Assembly: GCA_030704615.1 (NCBI GenBank)
Contig: CM060733.1
Span: 26,598,001 to 26,662,000 of the forward strand
DNA from: Takakia lepidozioides
Lineage: Eukaryota > Plantae > Bryophyta
Direction: 5' to 3'
Length of the DNA stretch: 64,000 nucleotides
In this document: positions 38,880 to 53,700 of the stretch, in pieces
How the letters are laid out: every line of letters starts with the position of its first letter
Position numbering within the stretch: the stretch's first letter is position 1
The notes under the pieces: model-generated
Told to the model about the DNA's origin: nothing
Database searches by the model: none
The model's input: the letters and a program-made list of their open reading frames with translations, nothing else
Position numbers and translations under genes: made by a program

Positions 38880-40452
38880 AAGCAAGCAGCCACTCTATAT
38901 GAAGCAGATTTGCTATGGCAGTGTGTGGCTGATGAGCTCTTGATTGCAAGCTTGTCAATTTAGCAACTCAAGGAGAGTTAGGTCAATGACAGTGAATTGC
39001 TATTTGGAATGTGTTGGAGTTTTGAGAGGTTGAAGCAAAACTAGATAGGTATCTTGTTATGTGCTAAGAAGCTGGGAGTAGACACCAAGTGTATGACTTG
39101 TGGACTGGCACACCAGCCAATGAGAAGGGTTGCTTTCTAAAGGTGTCTTCATGTGGAAGGTTTGATGTGGCAAAGAGTCTGTGTCGTCTACTTAGTCCAA
39201 ATCAGGATGGGGTTGAGTCTCTTAGTATTTTGCTCAGTGTATACTTGTTTCAGTAGAAACATATTCATCCAATGGCATAGCTGGGTACATTATTGGATAT
39301 GTCCATTTAAAAAAAAAATCAGCATCATGAGTATTCCTCAGTTGTCACTGAGCTCACCAGTTCATACCTCTGTTGCTTAGATGTGTTCAACTTTTCCACT
39401 GGCATATAATTAGTCAAAATCATAGGCAAACCTTGCTCCGGTGTGACTTCAGTAACACAGAATTTCCCCTCACTGCTAGCTGAGATAAATGGTGACAGGT
39501 ATGTCATATGATCTAAATGTAGTGTCATAATCTATTACACCCCCATGTCAGCAAGTTCTTGTTGAATGTATGCAGACACTATTACATAATCTTTTGGCTG
39601 AGTTTCACAAGGGTGGGTATCCTGCCTGGACTGATCCTCAATTGCAGCCAACATTAAGCAGCAGACAACTGCCCACAATCCTTAATAGCCAGTGAAATAT
39701 TGGGCTACAACAAGGGATGATGCATGCAATGGACCTTCTGACAATAGGAACCACATGCAATTCAGCGACTTGAGGAAATATGGAGGGGAACTGAAAGAGT
39801 GCAACACAAGTGGGTACTGACATAGGGAGTTCCCCAGACTAGATTTAATCACACCAGGGAGAGGATTGTACATGCCAAGCTCACAATCGCCACTCTAATG
39901 GTAAAAGTATATACCATACCCACAAGCAATTTCATAACCCCCAACCAAAGTTGGAACTCATTGGCAATTGCCCTTGCAAACTGAAGGGGACAATCAGCGG
40001 CATACAAATTACCTAGAGCTGCACTTCTTTCCTGACCAAGACTGCAGCTGTGTTTTGCTGGACATTTGGGACTCATCCAAAGAATTTGATACAAAGTAAA
40101 TCTTGTATGTCACAATGCTATATTGAGCCCCACAAAGAAGGGCAACTCACAATTTCCTGGTTCAAAGTTTGCTCCAAATCATGCAACGTCGATGTTTTCC
40201 TCTATGCTACACTGTGCCTATTTTTACTTACAAAATCAAATACCCCAGTTTTAAAGCTGCACCTGAGAGAGACAAAGGGAGTTGTTTCCTTTCTTAATAG
40301 AGACAGAATAAAAAGGGGGTCTAGGGCTTGTGCTGGTGCAGGGGGGCGAAGAAGACCTGTACATTAGGTCACATTGCCAAGACACAGAGAATACAATAAA
40401 CACATGCCAGGTGAAACACCTACTCAAAGGTGTCCGAGCAGCAGTTGAAGCT

Positions 40453-41961
40453 CTATGTGGGGTAGTCTGAGTTGATGCCAAATATGCGCACCTTGTGCAT
40501 ATTGGGAAACTTAGCAATGACCAGCCAAAACACAGCGATTGTGTTCAGCACGAGCAAAGGATTCCTGTAGTCGGTGGTATGTGATGCCATCAAATACCTG
40601 TCATTCCACCACCCACCCAGTCAATCCCATGTATAAAACCCAATCCAGTCCATGCACCAAGCCAGGACATACCAGAACCAAAGCAAGAAATCCCTAAATC
40701 TGTACAAAAACCTTAAATCGAGGTGCCCTAGTCCAACACAGATTATGATATGACTGCAGATGGCTATAGGTAGCCCAACATCACAACATCATCCTCTTGA
40801 GTGTCAATTACAGACAACAAACAAACCCCTCCCATCCCAATACTACAAAGATATCTCAAATTTACTGCTCCTGCACCAGGGAGACCCAAATGTTCTGCCT
40901 TGAGAGAGGAAGGGCAGAAGAGTACGCACAGGACAACAGGAACAACGGTCAAGAACTTGCGGTTGCGTGTGAGCTGCCGGCCATTGTCAACTTGCTCCCA
41001 CCAGGTCAGCTTATTGTACATGCCTTGATCTTCTGCAAAGGGGGTTCCCTTCTTCCAGTGGAAAAACCGGTACGTAACCTGGACCATTCCACCCATGTCT
41101 CATCACGTGCGATAAATGTATACAGCAGCCCTTTTCAAAATATCAGATTGCACCCAAGGACTGTCACACAAGTTGATCCTAGTTTTGATTACCGACTTAT
41201 TGGTAAACGCTCCTGTGATCAAACACATAGCATCTTTATCAAAACTTCACCAAGTCAGACCATCTAGCTCCCAGTGACTTTTTCCATTCAGCTTAGTCAC
41301 TCAAAATACGGCAGGAGGCCCTTTTCTGAAACCAGCCATCTTTAGCAAAATTAAGTAGTGCACGTGACGAAAACTGGAGGGACGCATGACCAACAATGTG
41401 ACAGATACAAGGAAGATAGGTAGTCAATGCAAGAGATGTTAGTAGCGTAACATCTCACACCCACTATCAGCAGACAATAGTGGAAGAGAAAAGGGTCAGC
41501 GCGGCAGGGAGCATAACCGAAAAAGTAAGTCCTGTCACGACATACAAGGTAGCCTTCAAGTTCTTTCTCAAGAACTACGCGCACTTAGGATGCACCATCT
41601 CTTGACCCAAAAAGGGTAGTGTAGAGGTCGGCGGTGGGCCCGCAATACAAAAGACGGAGAACTCAAGAGCTCCCGAGGAATGGCAAGAGCAGAAGCGGAA
41701 GGTTAAACTCACAGCAAAGTGGGTGAGGTGAACAACCGTCCAGGCAGTGCCGGCATCGCAGCCAAAAACAGACAGAATGAGGAGCCAAGAGATGAAGATG
41801 ATGAGGATGTAGGTGGTCCACACACCCGGGTACTGAAACCACGACGTGTTCTTGTTCACATCTGCTGGCGGCAACACCTTCACATACATTCCTCCCACTC
41901 CCGACTCCGCCCCATCCCTTCTGCTCCTGCTCCCTAACCTGTGCATAAACCCCTCTGCCAT
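40453..41961 (-). CDS. ORM: ORM/ORMDL sphingolipid (serine palmitoyltransferase) regulator, 3 exons
   Basis: DVNKNTSWFQYPGVWTTYI, FFHWKKGTPFAEDQG...WWEQVDNGRQLTRNRKFL and IAKFPNMHKVRIFGINSDYPT*. Confidence 0.95.
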
Positions 41962-42605
41962 CGCACACCCAATTCCTCCTCTCCACCCAACTCCTCGATT
42001 CCTCTTCCCTGTTGCTCCAAAATCTCCCTCTTCCTCACCTGCCCTTTGAGCTCATCAATCCCCTGCAACCCACTCTATATAAATCTCTACACTGCAACGC
42101 CCAGAACCTCTTCCCTTCACCTTCCCCTCCCTTACTGCCCATCCATGCATCCATCCCATGCATGCATGCTGCTCCATCATCATCATAATTGGAAAATACA
42201 TAAGAAAATCCGAGGGACATTGAGAGGGACAGTGGGACAAGGGCGGGACAAGAGAAAGAGGGAGGCGGGACATGGAGGAGGAGAAGCAAAAAGCTGAGAA
42301 GGTGGGGGATGCGAGAATCCATGGATAAGCCTGGATCCATGTGGCACAAGCCAGCTCTGCCCACCTAAGACCTCCGAGCACCGGGACCACCACAATCGTC
42401 TCCCTCTCCCTCGTTGGCATCTCTGGGGAGGTGGCTGGAAGCCAGCTCGTTGAGCACCAAGAGATTGAATCACAGCTCAGAAGCAATCCATCGTAGGAGG
42501 TGGGAGGAGGATTGGCAGGGAGGGAGGGAGGGGTGGCACATTGTGCGAAGGAAGGGGTGGAGGGGTGGTAGAAGTAGTGTGTGGGTGGATTGAGAGATCG
42601 CAATC

Positions 42606-45600
42606 ATGGCTGCTCTCTCATCCCTTGCATCGTGCTACTTGAAGAATACACCGTTCTCAGCGGAGGTGAGGAGTAGCGGAGAGAGGGGGGCAACACTGAG
42701 GAGTGCAATGTGGCAGATGGGTTGCTTGGCTCCGGAGCAGCTACGATGTGGGTGGAGTACGAGGCCGGCTAACTCGTGTGCTTTCCCCGCTCGCTCCGCT
42801 GTGCGTTGTGTCGCCATTGCCACGGGTATGTGGCTCGTCGTTCTCTGCCTGCTAAGGTTGGTATTTATGTTCGTGATTCCAGGCTTGGGGGTAAGAGATG
42901 GGATGAGTTGGTGTTTCTGTAATCAGCGAGGGACGCCAGTTCTGTGAAAGGCTGGTGGTGCTGTTGCAATGTGCAAGCATAAGTGAACAGGCAGAAGAGC
43001 ATAATGAACGGCCTCCCAGCAGGGTTGTAGTGAGTTTCTCTCTTGTTTTGACCCTCACCTCAGTCTACCGCGTGGGAGAAGAAGCTTATACTGTATTTGC
43101 ACAATGTGTGGAGTCATATGACGGGTGTAACTCTGCGATACAACCTGAATTGCGTCAATCTGGCAGGTCTACACAATTCAGCGCGATTGCCCGTAATTCT
43201 GGGTCTTCATGAAATCCTGCTCTTCCCAAGCTATCCGATTTCGTCTACTGTTGTTTTGTTTGTTCTTTTGGAGACACGCACTCACATCCTTTTCATATTT
43301 TAAATCGTGTGTATTGTCGAGGGCAGATGTACCTACAGTTGCAGATACCAAGACAGCGTTTTTGAAAGCGTATAGGAAGCCAATACCGAGCATCTACAGC
43401 AATGTGTTACAGGAGCTGCTCGTGCAACAGCACATACTACGCTACAATGCAACCTACATCTATGATGCCGTGTTTGCCCTAGGCTTTGTCACTGTGTACG
43501 ATCAGCTCATGGACGGCTACCCTAGTGATCAAGACAGGGAGGCCATCTTCAAGGCCTACATCTCCGCCCTCAAAGAGGACCCTGAATTATATAGGTGTGA
43601 CACTGCTCTGTCTGCTCTGGTTTCTATATTTATGTGTCCACAACAAGATAGAAAGGACAAAGAAAGGGCAGATACTACTATTGGTGCTTTGGTAAGCAGG
43701 TAGTCCATACTAGACGGATTTAAGTACTGTGGGAGTGAGATTATACTGTCTGAGGTTTTCATAATTTGCAGGCCTTTCACCCAAAGAGAAATCATGCAGA
43801 GTCAAGGCAACCCATCTTTTGGGTAACCAGAGGGCTTGCTACTACTTCCAGTTTCTGACAGTGAGCAAAATAGAGGTGCTAGAGAGAGCACATTTATGGA
43901 TATATGCCGAAGACTTACCTGGTGCTCAAGAGAGATTGCAGAAGTGATGCAAAGAACTTGGAGGAGTGGGCAAGTGGGCAGACAGGGAGTACAATTGTTG
44001 AGTTTGCAAGTCGAGATGGTGAGTTGGAAAACGTGCTCAAGAACATTGCAGAGCGTGCAGGAGGAAACGGCACATTTCATTACAGCCGTTTCTTTGCCAT
44101 CGGCTTGTTCCGGCTATTAGAGCGGGCCAATGCCTCTGACCCTTCCATTTTAGAGCAGGTGGGAATCTTTTTTCTACTCCTTAGGTTGTTAATTACTTGG
44201 TAATGAGGGGCATTGTGTTCCATACTATACCTCTCCTCAATGTCAGGAGAGCTTTATCTAATCCTCCTTTGTCAGCTGCGAACTAGCAGTTACTTTCTGG
44301 CAAGAAACCTCTTGAAATGTCTCAAGTGTCAGTCTCAAGATTTGAGGCCCAATGTTTCCATTGCCAATTCACACCCAAAAAAATTGATGTATTCTTAATG
44401 CTTAAACCAACCAGCTAATGGTATGTGGAAATGGATTGAGGGGAAGGAAGGTAGAGATCCCAGCTATCTATTTAGCTGCTCTTCCTGCTGAGGCAGAATG
44501 GGACTTTCAGAGGGTTTAAATGTTTGTAAGTGGGCTTTTCACAGACATGACGTCTGATTATTTATGCTTGGTAGGATTCATAGGCTTGAGAAACAAGATG
44601 TGGTAAGAAACCCTGCTCAGTGATGTGCCAAGCTGATTACCACATACCTGTTCTGTGTGGGAACGACTCTTATGCTGTCCTACTAACCAAGTGTCTTTCA
44701 TGCAGAATTGAATTTTTCCCTCTGTTCGAGGTCAAACCTGGTTGCTACAGCCAATCACTCGCACCACAAACTTACTGACGAAACCCTGGAAGATTTTGAA
44801 GCTCACGCATTGCTGCAACTCTTTTGTGGCCTTACTCTTGTGGACTTTTCGTGATTTACTATGTCATCTTCAAACGATGAGGGACGGTGTGGGAAGGATT
44901 GTCTAATTTGGAGGCTATTAGCTTGTGTAAACACACACGAATGCAACATTACCAGCTTGTATGTGTATGAGCAAAGGAGTGTGCTGATGCAGTAGGTTGG
45001 GGTTGATGGGAGTGCAGCTGTCAAAAGCATTGAATGTGAGTAAGCTGAGCGTAGATCGGGACCTGGATGTTTATCGCAATCTGCTGTCAAAGTTGGCCCA
45101 GGCTAAAGAGCTCCTGAAAGAGTACATCGACAGGTGAGTTCTCAATCCTCTGCTCTGGAGGGCAATTTTTGTCTGGAGAGTGTAGCTCATTTGGTTGCAA
45201 ACTGGAAGCTAGCCTGAGCAGATGGCATAGCTGTCTGGGGGCATTTAGCAGGAGTGAGATGGGGGATGGATGTATAAGCCTCACTCGCAGGTCTCTATGT
45301 TCTGTTGGGACCTCCATGTCCCAAATGGTATGAGTGCACCACTGGCATTCTCAGGCTTCTTGTGGGTATATATTGCCAACAGGATGACTACCGAAAGATT
45401 TTGAGTGGATGGCAGCTAAGGTAGAGACTGAGATTTGAGTGTAATTAGTACCACATAATTACAGGTGCTAATGAACAAAAGAAGGTAGAAGGCCAAGGGC
45501 AGGAACTTTGTACATTGAGCTGCTTGATGTGCCCCACCCTCTTCTCTATTGTCCCGTTTGTTACAGTCACATTGCTCACAGGTGGTTGACTGGATCTTCA

Positions 45601-45930
45601 TCCTTCTTGCACATTTGCTATTTATCTCATGTCTAGTAAAGTAATGGTAACTTTTTTCCACCTGCAATAACAGGCATTTCAACTTTTAGATCTTGCATGC
45701 GTAGACTTGACTTTCAGCCAGATAAAGGCTAGAGAGGTCAAGAATTAAGTGGGATGGACCTTCCTATTGGTTACATTACCATATCACAATACCTGGAATC
45801 CACACCTTTGACATGGTGCTATTGTCCTGTATTTGATTTCATCAGGGAGAAGAAAAAACAGGCGGAGCGGGAAAGTAGTGCAGTGCCGTCTAGTGAAGCA
45901 GTTGCTAAGACTGAAGCTAAGTCAGAGTGA
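42606..45930 (+). CDS. THF1: Thylakoid formation 1 / Psb29
   Basis: Transit-peptide exon, then DVPTVADTKTAFLKAYRKPIPSIYSNVLQELLVQQH, FHYSRFFAIGLFRLLE, SVDRDLDVYRNLLSKLAQAKELLKEY and last exon EKKKQAERE...* at 45930. Confidence 0.95.
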
Positions 45931-46467
45931 AGAGGTTACATGAAGCGATGCTTCTCTAGGCCCATTTTGACACCTACTATTGGAGTACTCCACTCTGCAG
46001 TAGACCAATCTTAGAGGTCCACTCTGCATCTAGATTGGTCTATTTAGAGAGGCCTGTAACTTGGACGTTGATAGTTTAGTGAGCAGGATCAAGATGAGTG
46101 GATCTGGGGTGTTAGATGGCATGCTCTGTTGCCCAAGTGTGGTTTAAGTTTGTATCTCTCATGTACTTTGCATTACTAGGCCAACCTGCTGTAATGCATT
46201 AGCCAGGCTCCTCAGATGTTTGAACCAAGGTAGTATTGTTGTGTACCGTAACTCTGGCAAGTAGTGGGAAACCACTGATAAAGTTCTGAAACGTCTTATG
46301 GGTTTCATGTCCAGTGGGTGATGTTATACCTCTTACCTTTGAAATGCTTCTCGAAGTCCAGTTCGTCATAGTGCTCTGATGGTATACCGTATACACAAGT
46401 TTGTTTCCAAATGGCTGCTGTAACCCTGCAGAGACCTTGTAGGAATTGACTGGCCCTACACGGAATG

Positions 46468-46697
46468 ATGCATTGTGCTTCTCCAAATTTATCAGGTGTA
46501 ATAATACACATCAAGATTCAGTTCCTGTCAGGAGTTTTCATGTCCATGTTATATTGACATTGTTGTTAATTGAAATGGCCAGATGCATTGTGCTTCTCCA
46601 AATTTATCAGGTGTAATAATACACATCAAGGTTCAGTTCCTGTCAGGAGTTTTCATATCCATATTATTTTGACATTGTTGTTAATTGAAATGGCCAG
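46468..46697. repeat. ~115-bp tandem duplication
   Basis: ATGCATTGTGCTTCTCCAAATTTATCAGG...GAAATGGCCAG occurs twice, with few substitutions. Confidence 0.9.
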
Positions 46698-47982
46698 AAT
46701 GGAGATTGTATTGAAGATGATCATTGTAGATGTTACGTAACAGCCAACAGCTTGTCTAGTTGCATGTTGGTTTGTTGTTATGGGAGCAAAGTCGCCAAAG
46801 GTGCAGTAAGCCAAATGATAACATGGCTTTCACTTGTTTTAGACAGATTTGCCTACCATAACATGCAGGAAGACATTTGAAATAACCTCTCAAATCTTTT
46901 GCCATGATTTTTTAGTAGAATGTGCACACATCTACAGATTGTGTTCTCACAGGTTCTTAGTGTTAGATAAATGTCAACAAATGTGCTTAAACTCTGCATC
47001 TAACTATTGTAACATTAGTCCATGGATGGCCATATCCAAAGTATCCTTGGGTGAATGTGGAATAGATCGTGATGATTTCACCACCTCCTTAAAAAGGGGG
47101 CTGACTAGAACATTTGAGAGTGGCATTTGCGGGGAGAAAGAGAAGATTGCAGATCAAATTCACCCAGACGATTATTCATTGCAGATCCCCGTGGAACCAA
47201 CAGAGTTTGAACCCATTTCGCACGAGATATTCTCTGAGCGAAGAACAATTTCAGTCAAAGGATGTTACTTCAAAAGTTCTGAAGCCCACAAGACTTTTGG
47301 CATTCAAGAGGCACTCTCAAAAACAGCCAAATAGGAAACAATATTTTCCAGTAATGTTCTCCAGCCTATCTCAGCCCTCCTAACACTAGACCGAATTTCT
47401 GGATTATTATAATGTACACTTCTTGATTGTTAAGCCGTAAAACTTCGCCACCATTCCCACACGGCAACGTGACACTCCACCTCTGTAGCAACTACACTAT
47501 CAAAGTGAGGTTGTCATTACCTTGTACAGCACAGCAACCCTTAATGAATTGGACACTCATCACTCATGTCTAATGACTTACAACTTACTTGGACACTGGA
47601 TCAACACACCAAACAGAAGTCTGTACTTGGGGTAAAGACTTTCCCTGCGGGTGTCTGCATCCCTTTCTTCTTTCATTCCTTATTATTACATAGGCATTGA
47701 CAAAGAGAATGAGTAGATTGCATTCATTCAGCCCCCTGTGCCAACCATCATAACCAAAGAACACCTTCCCTTTCCCCCAAAGCAGTTCCTCCCAGCTTTT
47801 AAGCTCCCGCAGAAAACAAGATCGGAGGAAAAATGGAGTTGGAATTTCTCAATTTTTGATGCTACTGTACAGAAAACTCAATATTGTGGCATAACCCCCT
47901 CACCAACAAGAGTAGAGTGAACCCTGCTGGAGGAGACAAAAGAATGAGGTTGGCATGAAATGGCCATGGAAGATCAAAGATT

Positions 47983-50145
47983 TCAAGCGGCAACTGTAGC
48001 AACAGCCTCGTCCAAAGCTGCAACACCTGGTAACACCTTGCCTTCTAGCAGTTCCAAGCTGGCACCACCTCCTGTAGAAATGTGGCTCATCTTCTCAGCT
48101 ACACCTACCTTTTCCACCGCAGCCACGGAGTCCCCTCCCCCGATTATGGTGGTCACGCCTTTCCCACTCAAGTCTGCCAACTTCTTCGCAATTGACTGCA
48201 ACGTCCAAACTTCTCATCAGAAACCACATAAACCCAATGCATGAAACAAGTAAGCTCCAAGTTCCCAGCTGAGCTTGGGTATCTGAATGACTATAAGACA
48301 AGAGTACCAGACAACAAAGGGAAGGAAGTCCAGGACAAACCTCAGTTCCAACAGCAAACTTCTCAAACTCAAAGACACCCATGGGCCCGTTCCATATAAC
48401 AGTCTTGGTGGTGTCCAGTGCGTCATTAAATGTCTTGATGGAGTCAGGGCCGATATCTAGACCCATCCAGCCATCTGGAATTTCTGATGCTGCCACAGTC
48501 TGCCAAACCTGAACCATGTCAGCTACTCATCTCTCAGAACACTTCTGAACAGGCACTGGAAATTTGAAAGGCCTTAAGCATCATGGTACCTTGCTGTTGG
48601 CATCAGGGGCAAACTTGTCAGCAATGACAACATCCGTGGGCAATAGCAGGGACACGCCCTTGGCCTTGGCCTTCTCGATCAGGCTTGTTGCAAGTTCCAG
48701 TTTGTCCTCTTCCACCAGCGAGGAACCTACCTTAAGGCCTTGTGCCTTGTAAAAAGTGAAAATCATGCCGCCTCCAAGCAGTAGAATATCAACCTTCTCC
48801 AGCAGAGATTCAATCACACCAATCTTGGAAGAAACTTTTGATCCGCCCACGATTGCAGCAAATGGCCTTTTCGGGTTCGACACTGCACCATCCAGATAGT
48901 CCAACTCCTGAAAATGTGGAACACAGCAAGTCAGTCTCAACCATCTGCATCCCCCACTCTTCTGATGAAGGCGGTCAAAAGCAAAAGGTCTGCTAATCTA
49001 TGAGCCCTTGCACCACCAGAAAAGCTGACGATGAGGTAAACGGACCTTTTGAAGGAGGAAACCGGCAACGGCTGGCTTCAGATAAGCAGTGACTCCCTCC
49101 GTCGATGCATGTGCTCGGTGGGCTGTGCCAAATGCGTCATTCACATACAGGTCAGCATTGGCAGCCAGCTTCTTGGCATGCTCTGGGACATTCTTCTCTT
49201 CCTCCGGATAGAACCTTACATTCTCCAGCAGCAGCACCCCACCATTGGGCAATGCTGCCACCTTCTCTTCCACTTCTACACCGATTGAGTCATCAGCCTT
49301 CACAACCTGTCCCAGAAGCAGTCAAAGATCAGCTACATGATTTCAGTCAAGATTTACCGGAGTAAAGATTCTTACAAATATGCTACTGGTAACAAATCGC
49401 CCCACTCGCAGATAGTCAAGAATGCTCTGCTCAACAAATCAACCCATTGCAGGCATTTTCGTACCTGAGTCCCGAGAAGCTCTGAAAGACGTGGCACGAG
49501 TGGCGTGAGCCGGAACTTGTCAGTCACACCTTTCGGCCGACCCTGCATAGAGACATTGGTAATTAGCCCCTCCCAAAGACAGAACTTGCTCGCCGAACCT
49601 AGCAGCCAGCGAAATTTAGACACAAAGCGAAGGAGAAAAATTCTGCAGGATATCGAATAAATCTCTGGGTTGGGATGGTGCCCGCATACCAAATGACTGG
49701 AAAGAATGACCTTGGCCCCATTCTTCATCAGGTACTTGATGGTGGGCACTGCAGCACGAATGCGGGTATCATCAGTGATCTTGAACTGGTCATCCAATGG
49801 TACGTTGAGATCAGCACGAATGAACACGCGCTTCCCCTTGAGCTCCGCCTCGCCCAGGTCGCCCACGCTCTTCTTGGCCATGCAAACCACGGCACGGTGC
49901 CCCTTTCCCCCCCGTCCCACCTGTGCCGCCACTGCGGCAAGCAGGTCGTGCTGCGCTCCCCATGCCTTGTCCAAACGCACCACATCCCTCCGTCCTGCCA
50001 CCAGCCCCGTGTAGGCCGTCAGCTGCTGCGCTCTCGCAGCTACGCGAGGCACTGAGGCCGATGATGCAGTGCAGCATGCTGCCGGCATCGCCTGCAGCTT
50101 GGCTGCAGCTGCTACTCCCTGCACCGACGCCATCGCTGCTGCCAT
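47983..50145 (-). CDS. PGK: Phosphoglycerate kinase, plastid-targeted
   Basis: Ala-rich transit peptide, RADLNVPL...[49 protein letters not shown] and [15 protein letters not shown]. Confidence 0.97.
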
Positions 50146-50741
50146 CGCTCACCTTCCTTGCCAATTCTGGTCCTCCTCGGAACAACCCACACAGCAAAAG
50201 TGAGAGCGAGAGTTGACAGGGCAGCAGATCTTGCAAAAAGCGCAGCGATTGTGCTTTTGTGCAAGCAAGGCAGCAGCGCACACGATCCACAGAGCAATGT
50301 TCCCTCTCTGAGCCAAAGGCAGTCTGCCCTGTGGACCAGAAGATAAGCCCCCTTGAATGACCCCATGCCCTTATTACATGGGCATGGGCATGGCCATGCC
50401 CGCGCTGCCTCGGGTCAATCGCGGGAGTGACACGGAAGGGGGTGACATGGCCTTACAGAAGAATTCAAACTGTATAGATTGTAGCATCCATTTTGACTCA
50501 TTCATCGCTTCCTGTGCAGCAACCGCCTGTGTGCAGCAGCGCATGACAGCCTACTCCACGGATCTCCTTGTCTACCCCCTGCAGGATGTGTGTGAGGCGG
50601 AGCTGCTCGTGCTGGGGATGGGGCTAATTGCAGGGGATGAATTCATCATGTTGCACAAGTTGGGTGTTGGTGATGTTTAATTGCTCGTGGAATCACTCTC
50701 TCTCGTCGCTGTTGAAGTCTTGAGTGGCAGTGTTGCTCAAC

Positions 50742-53700
50742 ATGGATCCGGACATGCCCAAAAAGAAGAAGAGAAAGGTACATTGCATTGTACTTGCCCT
50801 TGTGTTAGATGAGCAAGTGGGAAGTTCCTTTTTGAGCTTTTCTCCACTTTTCGGGTGAAGATTTGCCGGGGTCTTTTACTGCCCACTGGAATTCGGAAAT
50901 TGCAGAGATAGCAGGAGGGAGATCGGGGGAGTTAGCCAATGTGTTTCCTTTGCAATTCAAAAGAGCATGAATAGAGCCTTCTTGGCCCAGTTTGCCCCAC
51001 TGGCAAGTGGATTTAACCTGTAGCGAAAATAGATCCTGGCCTATCAAGAGGTCACCCTGCCCTTTCTCCATCATATTGACTTGGTAGTAAAAGTATCACC
51101 GCCACGCATTGTGTCTATCGAAAGGTAGGAGGCGACAAGAATTGACGCTGAATCGTAGGGTTTTTTTTTTCTGGTCTGCTGTCAACTCTGGATCCGGTGT
51201 GGTGTCTGAGGTTGGCTCTACGTAAGCTATGGCAACTTTGGGCGCTAACTTTATAACCTTTGGGTGGAATCCTATTTTAGGCTCTGGGAAGACTCTGCCC
51301 TGATTCAGGGTAGTTCGTATGCAACAATAGTAGTGCAGGAAATGATAAATAAGTGTGTGCTCTTGTTTTCCTGCTCCTTCTGACACATTGAGGCTGTCAT
51401 ATTATCGCGGAGGAGAGCTTTTTCTAACTGGTTACTGGTGGTGGACGGTGCTGCTGTAGTGGCGCAAGCCCTCGGTTGTGAAAAGGACTGTGAAGCGTGG
51501 GAGTGCGATCATTCGCAACTTTCAAGCTGGATTCTACGAACAGGCATGTTGTTGTCTTTTTTGGTTTCTCATTCGAGCTGAGGTGCATTAGATAGAATAA
51601 GAGCGCCGTTTATGTGTCCAATATGCCGGATTTTGGTCTTTCCCCGACCTGCTTTTCTTCTGATTCGGTAGATGTGTCTGACAGTCCATGCAGAATTATC
51701 GAAATACTTTTCTCTCTTACCTGGTATTGACTGATTAGTGATTGTGAATCATACCACCTACGTCATGCATGTCCAAGAAGATCTTTGATTATACCAGTCC
51801 TTTTTGGAGCAGTTATGGGTAAGAAAGTGATTTCTTCTGCCTTGTGACAGCTTGAAGCTGGAACGTTGAAAGCAGACCCAGGGCTTACAGACTTGAAACT
51901 CCCACTCTGGCAACAACTGTCTGTCAAAATGCTAATGCATGGCCATCCAAAGGCATTTGTTGGTATGTTTCCCTGCTTCAATACCTGCTTGGGTGATTGT
52001 TGGAGACAGGCCCGTGGCAAACAGGCTCATGCTGTCTAACTCATGGAATGGGATGACAGAATTTTTTGAGCTGTCTCACCAGCCACTACCTCCGCCCCCG
52101 TCACCTGATTATGTTGACCCAGCGACACTGATCGGACTAAAGACTGTGAGTCCTTTACCTGACCGCCACAATGCTTGAACCTTATCAGCACTCTGAAAAG
52201 GACCATTCTCTCTCTTTTAAAGTCTTTCTTTGAGGGAGCATCGGGCTATCTTGGATGTTTGAAGTTCGAGAGGAAGGGAGGTTGTCAGTGTCCAATGTAT
52301 GGGCAGCGTGAAGACGATTTCCATTTTGTGACACAGTGTCTGGGGTATTCCCATCAGAGAGCAACCCTCTTCAGAAACATTATGAATATAGTCCTGCACC
52401 TCTGTTCACCAACTTGAGGCTGAGCCTAAAGCCCTGACCCTGTTGGGTTCGAACCATTGGGCAGATCACGCACAGATTGATGCTTGTGAAAAGGGCTTTC
52501 TAGAGGATATCTGGAAAGCCTGAACAAAGTGTTTATATGAAGGTAACTCCCTCTACTAGAGTGAGCCCCTCACAATGGTAGTGTCTGTTCCCTTCTGTTT
52601 CGCCCAAACTGGGTGCAGGGTCTATGGCAAGGCTATGGCAAACATCTAATGAGTACATTCTCTCACATTTTTCCTGATGATGTACATCTACACACATAAA
52701 CCACATATTGAGATATGCTTGCATGACGGGGGCACTCACTTAGAAAGGACAGTCTACCAGTGTAGCAAACATCTTCACCACATGACTTTGGCTCTCATAG
52801 GGTGCGATTAAAACGGGGAAATGGTCTAAAGATAAAACAAGATGGGCAGATTGTATTGAGATACATAGGATATTGTCTTTTTAGAGATTCCCAGTCCCTA
52901 GCAGACACCTTCGGCTTTGAAGATCCTAAGTGCCTTGTGGCAACCTTCTTTAGGCGCTTCGTCTTAGGGCGTCACTTGATGTATGGTGAAGTGGTCTTTT
53001 CTTTGTTCTCTGGCTCTGGGTTTCTGTTTCCTCTCTCATGTTTTCTTCCTTTTTGTCCCATAAGCTCTATGAGCTTTCCACGGACGTTAAAAAGCACCAT
53101 TTCATTTCATTTCATTTGTTCTATCCTGTCACATGGGCCGTTGTTGCTCCCTGTGGACATAATAAAGTGTCTTTGTTTCTTTGTTTCTCTCGTAGACTGG
53201 GATATCTCACACCCTCCCATTGATAAAATCTTCTTGGTCTTGGGCTTCAGTTGTTTTGATCAGAATTCTGAACTTGTGCAGTTGAATGACGCAGAAACTC
53301 TTCACCCTCTTCAAACACACCTGGAAGCAGCTGAGATGGGAGACAGAAAAGGTATTTTTCCTCTGTTAACTTTGAACACATGGAATCTCGTAAAAACTCT
53401 CCAACCAACCACGTAAATGCACACAAGCTACTAGTCAGCAGAGTTATTTGGCCAATCTGGTTGCAGAGAGATTGTTCTGAGTCTTCTAAACAGATCTGAA
53501 CCACTTCCATGTTGTATTTTTCCAAGTGAGGGACTGATCTTCGCTACGCTACAATCATGTGGCTTGTTCCTGAAAAAGTGTCTGTAGGTTGGGACTGGGG
53601 AAAAAACGGCTGGAAGAGAGAAAGAAAGTCTATTATGTTCATAGGATGCTTAAATAACAAGTGTGGAAGAAACAAAGAACAGCGGTAATAATGGACCGAA

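Noticed and set aside
46849-47334. 161-aa ORF between THF1 and PGK
   Set aside because: Non-ATG start and no recognisable motif, so it cannot be supported as coding.
52802-53416. 204-aa plus-strand ORF
   Set aside because: Chance read-through of a LINE B tail, intron sequence and one TTC29-like exon.
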